DNA of 64,000 nucleotides from the human T2T-CHM13v2.0 reference genome, Homo sapiens. The stretch lies in NCBI RefSeq assembly GCF_009914755.1, contig NC_060935.1. One strand, written 5' to 3'. Under the pieces are notes generated by a model that was given only the letters and a program-made list of their open reading frames with translations, was not told the origin of the DNA and searched no databases. A program made the position numbers and the translations under genes. Below are positions 27,666-42,221 of this stretch, piece by piece. How positions within the stretch are numbered: position 1 is the stretch's first letter; every line of letters starts with the position of its first letter.

Positions 27666-29099
27666 AACATCTGGGTCATCTCACAGGTGTCATCTGTTAG
27701 TCTTTTCTCTAGATAACCTATAACATTTTTTTCTGGTTCTTTGTATATTGAATCACTGTTAATTGAAAATATGTTATGCTGCATGGATACTAGGTCCTGT
27801 TAAAATCCTCTGGAGAATGTAGATTTCTGTTGTTGTTTTGGCTGGCAATCAACACAGTTTGGTTCAAATTTTAACTTCTATATTCCTTCTCTACATGATA
27901 TTTCTAATGTCAGATTAGTTTTCAAAATCGTTTCTATGCTAGTCTGTGTCTGTCTTACACAAAAAGCTTAGTGTTAAGGCCAGGACTTTTGCAGGTCCAT
28001 ATACAGCCTTATGGGTTCCCATTATACAGATGTCTTCTCTCTGATATTTATCCTCATCCTTCAGGTTTTAGGGATTTCTTGGGGGGAGGGGGTCTCTGTA
28101 GCCAAAAACAAGGGATTCTTTCCGTTTTAATGCTCTTTCCACTATTGCCAAAATTCAACTGTGGCCTCTCAAGGGAAAATGAATAAATAAATAAAGCAAT
28201 GGGGCCTCATGCCTTTTCAGGGCATGTCTTCAGTTTTTGACTCCCCTCCCTAGTCTGCCTGTTTTTGTTGAATGTTTAATAAGTTGCTCTTGAAAAAATT
28301 TTGTCTAGGATTATGGGCTGTAATCACCAGGAGAGAATATCTGTAGGGGCTTGCACTATCTTAGCCAGAAAGTTTATATTCCATTTTTTTTAACATATTT
28401 GTTTTTATTTCTGTTTAGGGAATAACTAAGTCCACTTTGGAAAAAAGAATACTAAGTGCTCACGAAGGGACCTTGTGAATGATCATGTGCAAAGGTAAGT
28501 TGGCACGGCTGACAGGCCCACCTGAGATCCCTGGATTTCTGTTTAGTAGGTTACAGAAAGCTATAGAAGTATTTTCATTGAAATGCCTCAGTGTGGTGGC
28601 AGCCCTCAAAATGGTCTTGCTCCTGCCTTTTTTTTTCTTTTTTTAAAAACCATTCTGAAATAGAAGTGAAATAATTTCAAGCTTGCTTCCATATTCTTGT
28701 CCTGGCACCAGTCTTATTTCCCCAGAAGGCGTTTCTATTACTGAAAGTGGCATTCAGGCACTGACGACCACACATTTCCTTATTATGCATTGCATAACAC
28801 AAGAAAAAAGACCAATAAAATTACTGGTCCTACTTATTGTAAGCCAACAGCATTTGGGGCAGGGCTGACTTTATGCTACATGGTTATATCTCTCAGGTAA
28901 TATGGCCAGAGATTAATTGATGAAGCATTACGTAATGATATCTATGTGTAACAATAAATGTAGTAAGTATTTGGATAAAATGCAAAGCCTTTACACTTTC
29001 TCTATTACTTAACTGACTTTTTAGAACAATCTATTGTTAATATAGGTACTTCTGATAAATAACTGTAATATCAGACATTTAATTGGCACCTATTCTAGA

Positions 29100-29495
29100 T
29101 GCCTGCCTTAGGCTGTGGTTGCCAGAAATAGACTATGAGACAAAATTTGTATGAAGAAGGTTCACTGAGGAGTGCTCTTAATCAACACCCATGAGGAGTG
29201 ATAGTAATAGGATTGGCCAGAGGGAGAAGCTGAACAGCAATGTGATTGCTACCAAAGCCCCAGCAATCCCTCAGGGAATTCTGGAGCTAAGATGGCCTTT
29301 CAGAGATGTCCCAGATTGAGGCAAGGAGTGGGCTTTTGTACTCTCTTCCAAACTAGTGAGTGGAAGGAGATTGTCCAAAGGGACTAAGTGTAACCTAGAA
29401 CAAGGGGGTTTTCTTTGGCAGAGGAATTCCCCAAGAGGAATTCAGCTGTGCACTTTTGAAGCCAACATTTCAGACATCTAGGGAAATAGGCATCT
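29100..29495 (-). mobile_element. LTR33/LTR16-like ERVL LTR
   Basis: ccagaaatagactatgagacaa...ctggagctaagatggcctttcagag...gaggcaagg. Confidence 0.6.
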
Positions 29496-29496
29496 G

Positions 29497-30262
<766 letters not shown>

Positions 30263-30402
30263 ATACCTTATCCTGAATAAGGATCTGAAGGGTATACCAC
30301 AGCATTTATGATAGTGCCTTAAATCAACGTGTCTTCTCACCTGTAAAAAGGAGATAATTATCCAAGTCAGCCTCATAAAGGGTAATTTTTTTTTATTTTG
30401 GG

Positions 30403-30478
30403 ATATGTATATATTTAGATATATATTATATATATTATATATGTTATATATATACATATTATATATGTTGTATATATT
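30403..30478. repeat. (TA)-rich repeat
   Basis: Imperfect tatata tract. Confidence 0.85.
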
Positions 30479-32739
30479 CTAAACATATTATCTCACATAA
30501 AAATGAACTCTCAATAAGTGTGAGATATTTTTCTTATTTTTTTCATATAGTAAGCCTATGTATGGATATTTATAATTGAGAAGTTTCGTTTTAATGTCTT
30601 CTGGGAAACTGAGGTAAGGCAAAGTTAATGCCTTGCCTATTAAGATCCAGGCAAGAAGACTGTCCGTATTTCTCCCTATGTCCTTGCTGTTATTCTTTCG
30701 TACTGCAGTTCTTTATATCAAATGCTGTGGGATTTCAACTCAAATCAAATCACCCAGACCTTCAAATGTTGTTTCTTTATTTATATTTGTTTGTGTGCTT
30801 AATTATTATTTGTTTGTTTCCCCTACAAGTTGGCTTTTTGCCTCCACCAAGATCGGTTTGTATATTTCCTATTTTCTAGGAGGGTGAAAAGAAAAGAGAC
30901 TGCATGTTCTGACATGTCCTGTTAAATTAAAAAGAGAGTGAGCTTAAAATAGAAGTAATTTTAACACATGCAGATATCCACGTGGTGAAGAGACAATTCT
31001 ATTGTATTTTTCAAACATTAAAAACAGAGAGAGAGAGAGAGACAGAGAAAGAGAGAGGGGGAAAGGAAAATAAAATTAGTCCATATTGGAATGAGCACAA
31101 CTGGGGCCTTGGCAAAGCTAACACAGACATCCCTGCCAGTGTACGACAGAGCACAAAGGGTCTGTTTTTGCTGATCATCACGAATCACTGAGACCTCTAA
31201 ATATGTTCTTTGAAATAAGAATGAGTAATACTGCAATTTTTCTTTCACAAGTGAGTCAATACAATCTGACACATACCATTAAGTTGAAATTCTGGAGGTA
31301 TTTTTATTTCTATTAGATGAAAGTTGGCATGTATATATTTTTGTTTCATCATTTTTGGGTTAGATGATGATTTGGCCTGTTTTTGTGTGTTTGTATATGT
31401 GGGTTTCTGTATATGTGTGTCTGTATATTTCTGTGTGATTCTAGGGGAAAGTCGAACAGAAAAATTTACAGCTGCTTGTACCATTTCATCTGACAGAGGA
31501 GACTGGGGTTTCTTCTATTTCCCAACTCACTTCCAACAGGCCTCTACTACCACAATTGTCACAGCAACAATATTTTCTGTATAACAAAAAGATTTCCCAG
31601 TTCACCTATTTCAAGAAAGTGATTTCTAGGCTAACAAAAAATGAGTACGATCTCTTGGCTAGCTGCAACAGAATCATGGAGAAGTAAAATTTAACAATAA
31701 GCATAATCTAGAAAAGACACTTTTACCTAGACTCGGCTTCACTGATACACAAAATCTGTTCTACCTTGCTTTATCATTCCTTTCACCTAAGGAACAGTGA
31801 ATATGTGGACATCCATTGTTTCTGCATGTTCCAAATAGATCCTCTTTCTTCTGAAACAACACTCTGCTATCCCTTTGGTGAGCCACCCCTCCCTCATCTC
31901 AGTCCTTCAGCTACTAACTTTAACCATAGTTCTAGTGGGGACACAGAATCAGGCTTAGCAAAAAAAAGTATATTCTTTTACTTCAAAGCCTAAGTCATCC
32001 AATGATAACCTCAGGCCTTTTGCTAGAATTTTGGGGAACATGAAGCCCTCTTTCTACCTGGTGAGCAGCATTTATGGGATAGTTGCCAGTTGCTGATAGT
32101 AATCTTACTGTCTTAGTAACAAAAGAGCCTGCCTGGAATTGGAATTGGGATAGAGGGAAGCAGAGATGAAGACAGACCAAATCTTATGACATTGCTTGGG
32201 TACCTGGACTCATTCAACCACACCTAAAGAAAATTCTGTCCCCATACATTTTGGTTTTGTGAGCTAATCGACTTCATTTAAGGCAAAGTAAAGGTTTTTT
32301 GTTCTGTTTTGTTTTAATGCAAAATAGAAAAGTTCCTGATAAAATCAGGTTATATTTGTATATTTGATCCATATATTCATTACTCATCCAAAAATACTTA
32401 CAGTTTGAGGGAATTTTACTTTCATAGTACTTCTGGGCGTTCTCTGTTCTCTCACTAACTTAATCTGACTGGTGATTTTGAAAGGAGAACAGGGCTGTGT
32501 ATTCTCTCTCTCTCTTCTTTTTCTTTAATGACTGTTTCATAATTTATTTAATTAACTTTGAATTGTGAGACATTAATGGTAAACAATTTTCTTACAACTA
32601 GAGATAATATTAGGATGTCAACCTTGTGCATTAATCTTTGTGCATCAAACCCAATTTCCCTAGTATATCTAGGAGAATTCTTCTAGGTATTCTAGAAGAA
32701 TTGGCGGGTCAAAGGGTGAAAATACTTTTAAGCCTACTT

Positions 32740-33572
32740 TCCAGCTTTATTAAGGTATAGCCGGAAAATACAAATAGAATTTATTAAAGTCATACAACAA
32801 TGGGATGTTTTGATATAAGTATATGTGGTGAAATGATTACACAATCAAGCCAACTAACACATCCATCATCTCACTTAGTTGCTATTGTTTTGTGTGTGTG
32901 AGAACACTTGAGATCTACTGTTTTAGCAAATGGAAAATGCACAATATATTATTACTAACTATAGTTTCCATTCTGAACATTAGGTCTCCAGAACTTATTT
33001 ATCTTGTAACTGCAACTTTGAATCCTTTGACTAACATCTTCCCTAGTTCCCCACCCACAACCCTTGGTAAACACTATTCCACTAACTATTACTATGAGTT
33101 CAACTATTTTATATAAATGAGATCATGCTATATTTGTCTTTCTGTGTCTAGTTTATTTTACTTAACATGATGCCCTTCAGTTTCTTCCACATTGTCACAA
33201 CTGGCAGGATTTCCTTCTTTTTTAAAGATTTAATAATATTCATATATATATTATATATGAATGATATATAATATATAATATTATGAATGATAGTAATATT
33301 CATATATATATCATATATATCATATATATGATATATATATATCATATATATGATATATATATATATCATATATATGATATATATATATCATATATATGAT
33401 ATATATATCATATATATCATATATATATCTCATATATATCATATATATATCATATATATCATATATATATATCATATATATATATCTAACACACACACAC
33501 CCCTCATTTCCTTTATTCACTCACCTGTCAACAGACACTTGGGTTGTTTCCATATCTTGGCTACTGTGAATA
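32740..33572 (-). mobile_element. L1MA/MB 3' end
   Basis: cagctttattaaggtata...gtgagaacacttgagatctactg...ggtctccagaacttatt. Confidence 0.8.
33240..33486. repeat. (TATATATCA/TGA)n AT-rich tandem repeat
   Basis: About 250 bp of atatatatcat / atatatgat units. Confidence 0.95.
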
Positions 33573-33959
33573 GCTCTCCTTCTCTCAGAGAGTCAATAAT
33601 CTTTCTCTGGGCCATACAGAAAGCTTATCACGAAAGTCCTTCTTCTCCCATGGTGAAGCTGCAATTTTTCAGTGTTGTTTTTGACTGAAAGACAGCATAA
33701 GGCTGTCTATTCTGAGATTTAGGGACACCCACTTGCCTAACCATATAAACTTCATACTCTAATATACACATTATCAGGGTGAAGGTCGCATTTTGCATTA
33801 TACCTATCTGGCTTCATGTATAATTCTAAGTGAACTCAGAACCCAAGCAGGCACGGGAAGTGTTATCTATTGCTCCCCCCAAAAAATTCCTACCAAATTC
33901 CAACAAGATGATATGTATAGAAAACACTTAGATGAGCAAAGCCATTGCATTATTCAGGA

Positions 33960-34820
33960 ATACTAAAGAACCTACTCCATTTGGAATACAATATACAAGT
34001 GGGCATGTGGAGGATTGAGGGTATATAGTCAGAGATCAAATTATAAAGGGCCTTCTATGAAATGTCAAGAAGGATGAAACTCCATTGTATGTGTAATGTT
34101 GAGCCACTGAAGAATTTTAAATGAGTGTTAGACATTTTCCAAAGAATAGTCTGGCATGAGTTTGAAAAATGAAATGAAGGGTGAAGAAGAGAGGACAGAG
34201 AATACAGTATAGTGAGCTGGTGTCCTTACCTACATAACTGTCACAAAGACAAGAAGTTCACCACCACAGACACAGCACTTAGCTCATGCCCGAAACCCAA
34301 TTAGCCTCAATGTGAGTATGTGTGTATGTGTTATCAGGAAAGAATGAATCATCAGATTAAAAAAAATGAGATGAAAAAAAGTGTAGGAAGGGAAAAGCAT
34401 GGCATTAGATCTGGACCTAAACCTCCTAAGCCTGAGTTCTGGATTTCATATTTGCTAGTTCATGAGGTATAGTCTAAGTAATAGGCATTGGCTAGATTTC
34501 ATAAGGACAAACTATTCAGATAATATTTATTGAGATCATTCAATATGCCAGATTCATTTCTGGGTGCTAGATCTAGTTTTAGGATCTAGGCCACTGACTT
34601 AAATCATTTAATGAACAAAGAAAAGAGGGAACATAGTCATGATGATGCTGGAATGATCAGAAAGGGGCTATGGAAAATGGCATCATAAAAGTTTAGGGAT
34701 AAAAAGTTTCAAGAAGGAGAAGTGGTTAAGAGTATCAAATATTACAAAAAGATGAATAATTTAATAAGTAAAAATTGATCTTTGGATAGGTCAAGAAGTC
34801 AATGAGGCTCTAAGTTAGAA
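33960..34820 (-). mobile_element. L2 fragments
   Basis: gagccactgaagaattttaa; gtttcaagaaggagaagtgg...gtatcaaat. Confidence 0.55.
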
Positions 34821-34849
34821 CAGCAGAATAATTTTTTGAAAGGTCAGGG

Positions 34850-36612
34850 CATAAACAAATAGAAAAACATCTCATGCTCATGGATTGGAAGAATCAATAT
34901 CATTAAAATGACCATTTTTTTCTTTCTTTTTTTTTTTTTTCGAGATGAGGTCTCGCTCTATCGCCCAGGCTGGAGTGCAGTGGTGCGATCTTGGCTCACT
35001 GCAAACTCCGCCTTCCAGGTTCATGCCATTCTAAAATGACCATATTGCCCAAAGAAATCTACAGATTCAATGCAATTTCTGTCAAATTACCAATGTCATT
35101 TTTCAAAGAATTAAAAAAAAATCCTAAAGCTCATTTTGTGGACCCAAACCAAAACCAAAAATGTCCATTCAGCCAAAGCACTCCTAAGTAAAAAAACAAA
35201 TCCTGAAACATCATGTTTCCTGACTTCAAATTATATTGTAAGGCTGTGGAAATTAAAACAGCATGGTAGTAGTACAAAAGTAGACACATAGATCAATGGG
35301 GAACAGTATAGAGAACCCAGAAATAAAGCCACATACCCACAACCAACTGATCTTTGATAAAGTTGACAAAAATAAACAATGGGGGGAAGGTCACCCTATT
35401 CAATAACTGGTGCTAGGAAAACTGGCTAATCATATGCAGAAGAATAAAGCTGGACCCCTACTTCTCACCATATAAAAAAATTAACTCGATGAATTAAAGA
35501 TCTATACTTAAAACATGACACTATAAAAACCCTAGAAGAAAAGCTAGGAAAAACTCCTCTGACATAGCTTAGGTAAAGAATTTATGGCAAAGACCCCAGA
35601 AGCAAATGCAACAATAACAAAAATAGAAAAATGGAATTTAATTAAACTAAAAATCCTATCATGGCAAAAGAAATAATCAACAGAATAATCAGGCAACCCA
35701 TAGAATGGAAAAAAGTATTTGCAAATTATGCCACCAACAAAGAATAATATCCATAATCTACAAGGAACTCAACAAGAAAATAAAAATGAAGAAGCCCATG
35801 ACAAACTGGGGAAAAGGCATGAACAAATATTTCTTAAAAGGAGGAAAAAAAAGCAGCCAACAAACATGAAAAAATGCTCAGCATCACTAATCATCAGATA
35901 ACAGCAAATTAACACTACATGGGGATGTCATCTTTCACTAGTCAGAACGGCTATTATTAAAAAGTCAAAAAAAAAGATGTCAGTGTGTATTCAAAAAGAA
36001 CACTTATACATTATTGATGGGAATGTAGATAAGTACAACCTCTATGTAAAACAGTATGGAGATTTCTCAAAGAGCTAAAAATAAAACTACCATTCGACCC
36101 ACCAATCCTACTGCTCGGTATCTACAGCAAAGAAAAATAAATCATTATATTAAAAAAGACATATGTGCTCATATTTTTATTGCAGCACTATTCAGCAAAG
36201 TTATGGAACCAATCTAAAAGTCCACCAATAGTTCATTGGTATATATACACCGTGGAATACTATTTAGCCATAAAAGGAAAGAAACATGTCAGTTGCAATA
36301 ATATGAATGAGGCTGAAGGCCATTATCCTAAATGAACTAACTCAGAAGCAGAAAATCAAAGATGGCATGTTCTCACTTATAAATGGGAGCTAAATAATGG
36401 GTACATACGTACATAAAGATGGAGATAATAGGCTCTGGCGACTCCAAAAGGGGAGAGGTTTGGAAAGGGCCAAGGTTTGAAAAATTACCTATTGGATACA
36501 CGGTTCAATATTTGAGTGATGGATACATGTTAGAAGCCCAATCCCCACCATTATGCAATATACCCATGTAAGAAACATGAACGTGTACCCCCCAAATCTA
36601 AAATAAAAATAA
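34850..36612 (+). mobile_element. L1PB/L1MA-type LINE, 5' truncated (ORF2 3' part and 3'UTR)
   Basis: catgctcatggattggaagaatcaatatc...gaacccagaaataaagccac...aaaaattacctattgg...ctaaaataaaa. Confidence 0.9.
34916..35031 (-). mobile_element. Heavily 5'-truncated AluY-like insertion
   Basis: Poly(T) plus about 90 bp of right arm; TSD taaaatgaccat on both sides. Confidence 0.92.
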
Positions 36613-36625
36613 AAGTGAAATCTGG

Positions 36626-36930
<305 letters not shown>

Positions 36931-37182
36931 GTGAAATCTGTCAGCAGAACATGGATGATGGTACAATGAAAGCTTATTAGGAAAAAAGACTAAAAAGAAA
37001 GCGTATTTCTTACAAGCCTTAAAAAGGCAAAAGAAGAAAAGGATCCAAGCCAAGCACAGGTGTAGCCAGGTCAGGTAAAACTGCATAACCATTTAAGTGT
37101 TAGAAAGTTGTCCACAAACATGTACAAGCAACATACACATGGGCTGCATTAAAAAAAAAAAAAAAAGGGACAGAATTATCTT

Positions 37183-37470
37183 TGGTGCAGTGGCTCATGC
37201 TTATAATTCCAGCACTTTGGGAGGCCAAGGCAGGTGGATTACTTGAGGTCAGGAGTTTGAGGTCTGCCTGGCCAACATGGTCAAAGACGTGTCTACTAAA
37301 AATACAAAAATTAGCTGGGTGTGGTGGTGTGCACCTGTAGTCCCACCTACTCAGGAGGCTGAGGTGGGTGAATCACTTGAGCCCAGGAGGTGGAGGTTGT
37401 AGTGAGCTGAGATTGCGCTACTGCACTCCAGCCTGAGCCGCCGAGTGAGACCCTGTCTCACAAAATAGAA
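37183..37470 (+). mobile_element. Alu (S/J)
   Basis: Dimeric Alu. Confidence 0.92.
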
Positions 37471-37477
37471 AATTTAG

Positions 37478-37652
37478 AAAGTGGTTAAGAAATTCTGAGA
37501 CCAGATGGAGTGATAATCTCTGTGCCTAATTTTCCTCATCTGTAAAACAGGATACAAATACCTCACAGGTGATTGTGAAGGCTGAGGTGATGAATATGAA
37601 GCACTCACAACAGTGCCTGGATAAATATTCTATAAGTGTTAGCTGTTATTAT
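37478..37652 (+). mobile_element. MIR
   Basis: tctctgtgcctaattttcctcatctgtaaaacagg...cagtgcctgg. Confidence 0.8.
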
Positions 37653-40281
37653 CTTTGAGATAATTTGAAATAATGCCCATGCACTCTCCTGAGCATTCAC
37701 AAGCCTGAATAATTTTCATCTTCAGAGTAATCTGCCATATTATTTACATTTTATTTGCCCATTTTGTATGTTACAAAAGATAGCAAGCATAAATCTTATA
37801 TAAATGAAGGTGCTATGACATACCACTCATTTAGTTTTTGAGAATATAATTACATCTAAAAATGAAAGTGATTATGTATTTTTTTAATTCTCCACATTTA
37901 AGGCAATTTCAAATTCTAAAGCAAAAGGGCAGAATTATATAATAAGCCAAAATGTACGTAATTAATATAGTAGCTTTTATGCTGTACCCCACGCACTATA
38001 GATGCTAACTATAAAACCTATAATTTTCCCATTCTACATTTCATAAATTCAAGGAAAGACAGATTGTAGGGATAGAATGCAAAGTGAGTTCTGATATCAG
38101 TCTAATTAACGTGTGTTGTTATTTGAAGAAATAAAAAATACATAAACTAAATTATCTTAAATGATTTTTGTTGGCTGTATATTCTAGCTAGCAAACCTCA
38201 TCTCTGCAACTAAGTAGCTCAGTGACTTTGAACAAATTACATGACCTTTCCGGGTTTAAAAAGAAATTTGAGACATTATTGGGCCATCGACCCATCATAT
38301 ATTCTTCAAGATGCTGTATAAAAGTGTGCCTGGGTATGGTCTCAAACATATCTCATTGTATAGCATATGAAATGAAAACAAAACAAAACAAAAAGAAAAC
38401 CTCTAAAATGAGGTGCTTATAGCAGTCCACAGACAACTCCAGCCACATTCCATCTGAAGATCAGAGACAAATCATACCAGGTGGCATCTGCTTCCGTTAA
38501 ACTACACATGTAGCTTGGTAAGTGCTTATTATTGGCAGATTTTACTAATATTAATCCCAGATTTGCAATATGAAAAGCCTCTGACACCTCCTGTGTCTTT
38601 TGAAAGCTGGTTTCTTCTTAATGTTATGTTTACTGACAGCATAGTTTATACATAATGAGTCTCAAGAGATTTTTTTCTTAACATTTAACTGAGTCTCCCA
38701 TCTTTGGCAGTACTTGTAGACACCTATGGATGCAGCACCATGTAAATGTATACAACTACTCAGTAACCCTGGTAAAACCATAGAAATGCAGTGCCTGTCC
38801 TTAGGAGGATCTCTATAAATTCATGCTAAAAAATGAGTAAATCTTAATGTGGCATGATATACGGACTAGGAAGCTCACGGATTTGAAGCTATTCTAACCT
38901 CAGATTAAATAACAGTTCTAAATAACTCTAAGTAGGTTGTTTTGAGAAAATTGCTCCCACTCTCTGAGTTGTTTCCTCACCTATAACATGGGGATGTTAA
39001 CATACACTTTTGAATTTGTTTTGTGGATAAGGGATAATATGTTTCTATGGATGCAGATATGAATGTACATGTTTTACTCATACCCTGTGTTAGCCAAGAT
39101 TCTTGATTCTAACTTTCAAAAAACAATTCTAGTTAGTTTAAACAAAGAGAGGATAGACTTAGAATTCAGGGGTTTGAAGCTAGGTTTTATATAAAGACAG
39201 ATACCAGGAATAAATGTCAAGACTACCTGTGATCTCTTCCTCTTTCTCTGCACCTGCTTCATAATCCACTTTCTTTTTCTAGAGATTCAGAGTTCTGGGG
39301 TTTGCATATGACTCTTCCGATCACTTCCAAAGAATTACTAGCAGTCTCTGAGTCTTACATTCATTTCCAAATTTATGGGAGAGGAAACCCTCAAAGTCCC
39401 AGGTTTAGTAAGATATCCATCCTGGTCTAACTTGCAGTGACCAGAGGACAGGCTCACTATCACAAAAGTAAATATTGGGGGAATTATAAATCAGGCAGGA
39501 ATGAACTTTCCAGATGGGAAATCACTGTGAACCGGGAAGACACTCTGTAAATTGTTAATCAATCTCTAAGTTTTTCTCCACAGAGCATTCAAGACAGAAG
39601 TAAGATATGTAAAGATATGACATAATGCCTAGCAAATGGCAAGCATTAGATAAGAGGCCACAACTATTATACAAGTAAAATCTAAAGATAACTTTCATCT
39701 ATGTCATCATTGAACCAGCTTTTATTGAGGGCCATATTACAATGTAGACATTGGGCTTTTCCTGGAAATAGTGAAGTTACTCTGGTCTCAGCCACTAGGA
39801 AGTTTTCTGTTACATGGAAGAGAGTGACTATATCTTTTTCATCTCTCCTGAACTCCCCCAAACACTGTCCTTTATGAAAGGATTTCTCTCTTCAAGATAT
39901 GATAATTTTTCTATGTTTTGGAACTCAAAAGAGACAGTCTTCCTATGCAATTTTCACAGTAAATTAACTCCATCATTCCAGACAGGTAAGCATACCAATT
40001 GGTAGCAGTTCTCATGCTCATGAATCTTTTGGTAAAAAATATCTCAAATGGCTTTCAATGTGAGCATTAGTGTTGAGGGTCCACATCACACAACTGGGAA
40101 AATAAATCAAAAAGAGAATCAAATGTAGTTCTTACTGACAAGACAAGTGACTGGGCTGGATGGTATCACATTCCCTTCTCTACATAATAGGAATTCCCTA
40201 TGATAAATCACAAAGTACTTGAAAATTATCGTATAATAAGGATGATACATCCATTAACCATAAAGCATAAAACAAACTGCC

Positions 40282-40591
40282 AGGCTGGGTGTGGTGGCTC
40301 ATGTCTGTAATTCTGGCACTTTGAAAGGCTGAGACAGGTGGATTGCTTGAACCCAGGAGTTTGAGACCAGGCTGGGCAGCATGACAAAAACCTCATCTCT
40401 TAAAAAAAAAAAAAAAAAAAATTAGCCAGACATGGTGCTGCATGCCTATAGTTTCAGCTACATGGGAGGCTGAGGCAGGAGGATCACCTGAGCCTTGGAG
40501 GATGAGGCTGGGGTGAGCCATGACCATGCTAGTGCACTCCAGCCTGGGCAATAGAATGAGACCCTGTCTCAAAAACAAAACACAACAAAAA
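40282..40591 (+). mobile_element. AluJ
   Basis: Dimeric Alu; TSD aaactgcc. Confidence 0.92.
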
Positions 40592-41874
40592 CTGCCTGCG
40601 TCATGTTGTCCAATTGTCATCGATAAAATACAAATACTCGAGATGAAGGAAACTTTACTGGTTTTAAAACACAGTAAGTATGGTTTCCTGGCCTGGTTTT
40701 AGTATCTTCTACATATATGACCTGTGTGAGCCTCTTTGTAGGCTTGTAGGTGGTAGCTTATACTCAAGTTTTCTTATGACAAGAGAAAATTTTGAATTTT
40801 AAATTTTCAATTACACCTTTCTATTCTAAGTCAGATATTGTACTACACTGGCTATAGAATCAGTTTGAGGGTGTCAAGCTCTATTTATTACTTTTTTTAA
40901 AAAGTTATATATTAATATATATGGCAGATAATTTAGAAAACACAGAGCTATAAATGTAATGTAAAAAAAAAATAAATTCTACCTGCTAGCTTCTCCCAAA
41001 TCTAATATTATCATTTTGTGTTTTAGTCTTTAGAGTTTTTGTTTAAAAAAAAAGAAAATCTGTATGCATTTATAATTTCCTTTGAACAATTAGGGCTCAT
41101 ATGGTGTATGAAACTTTTATATCCATTATTTATAACCTGAGCATGTAGAGTATGCATGTCATATTTATTGTCACACATCGTCTTTTATATGCCTTAACTA
41201 TAGTTGAGAAAATTATTGTACCATGAGCCCTGCCATCTCAAGGTAAAAGCAGTCTCAATTTTCCAGCCTCTTTAACAGTTAGGACATGGCCTAGGTGATG
41301 CAGACTTCATCAATAATATATGCCAGCTGCTTCAGTGTTCAATTTGGAAATGGATGACATAAAGAAAGAAACCTCATGTGGAATCTTTTTCTTGGTATAG
41401 CCTAGCCAAGAAGCATAGAGCTTTCAGGAATATCAGTGGTATTAGCTTCATGGTAGGGTCCACTCTCAAAATCTAAGGAAGAACCTTCTGGTCTCGTGCT
41501 TGGGAATGTTGCGATTGTGCCTGCACTAATGATAAAGTATGGATTGGGCATTTTTCTGCATGATGTTAAATCATAATTATCTGACTGTTTTAGGGATTAT
41601 CTGAGCAGATAACCTTTAGTGAATTTCCTTTCTACATACAATACCTGGAAAGATTTCTGTGTTTTGTAACTAAAACTTAGGATGACACAACTATATTCCT
41701 TTGCCAATAAATTTTCATTAAAAATGTCACTTGAGAGGCAGAAAAAAAAATGCCATCATACACATATTGCAATATACATTTAACTGCCCTTTCATTATTT
41801 TATTTTTAAAATACATTTAACTCTGTGATCTTCCCGTAGTGTATTTTGGTTAGTGATGTCAATTAAAATATACT

Positions 41875-42221
41875 CAGCAGCCTCTGGTTATCTGCAGTTT
41901 CACTTTTCATGGTTTTAGTTACCCATGGCCAATCATGGTGTGAAAACAATAAATGAAAAAAACAGGCAGAAATAAACAATTCATAAGTTTTAAATTGCAT
42001 ACCTTTCTGAGTAGTGTGATGAAACCTGGCACCATCCTGCTCCATCCCTCCTGGGGTGGGAATCATCCTTTTGTTCAGCTGTATCCACATTGTATCTGCT
42101 ACATTAGTCACTTAGTAGCCACCTAGGTTATCAGAAAAAACAGTGTCTACCAATTTCAGTGCTATCTGCGGTTTCACTGGGGACCTTGGAACCTATCCCC
42201 AAGGATAAAAGGAGACTACTA
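41875..42221 (+). mobile_element. MER44A (Tigger7-derived) DNA transposon
   Basis: cagaaataaacaattcataagttttaaattgc...gtcacttagtagcc...ggataaaaggagactact. Confidence 0.85.

Noticed and set aside
33148-33688. Ile/Tyr-rich ORFs
   Set aside because: Translations of the (TATATATCA)n repeat.
34991-35901. L1 ORF2 remnants ([25 protein letters not shown])
   Set aside because: Frameshifted, truncated L1 fossil; not an intact CDS.
38473-38490. ACCAGGTGGCA CTCF-like core
   Set aside because: Lacks the conserved 5' CC; too weak on its own.
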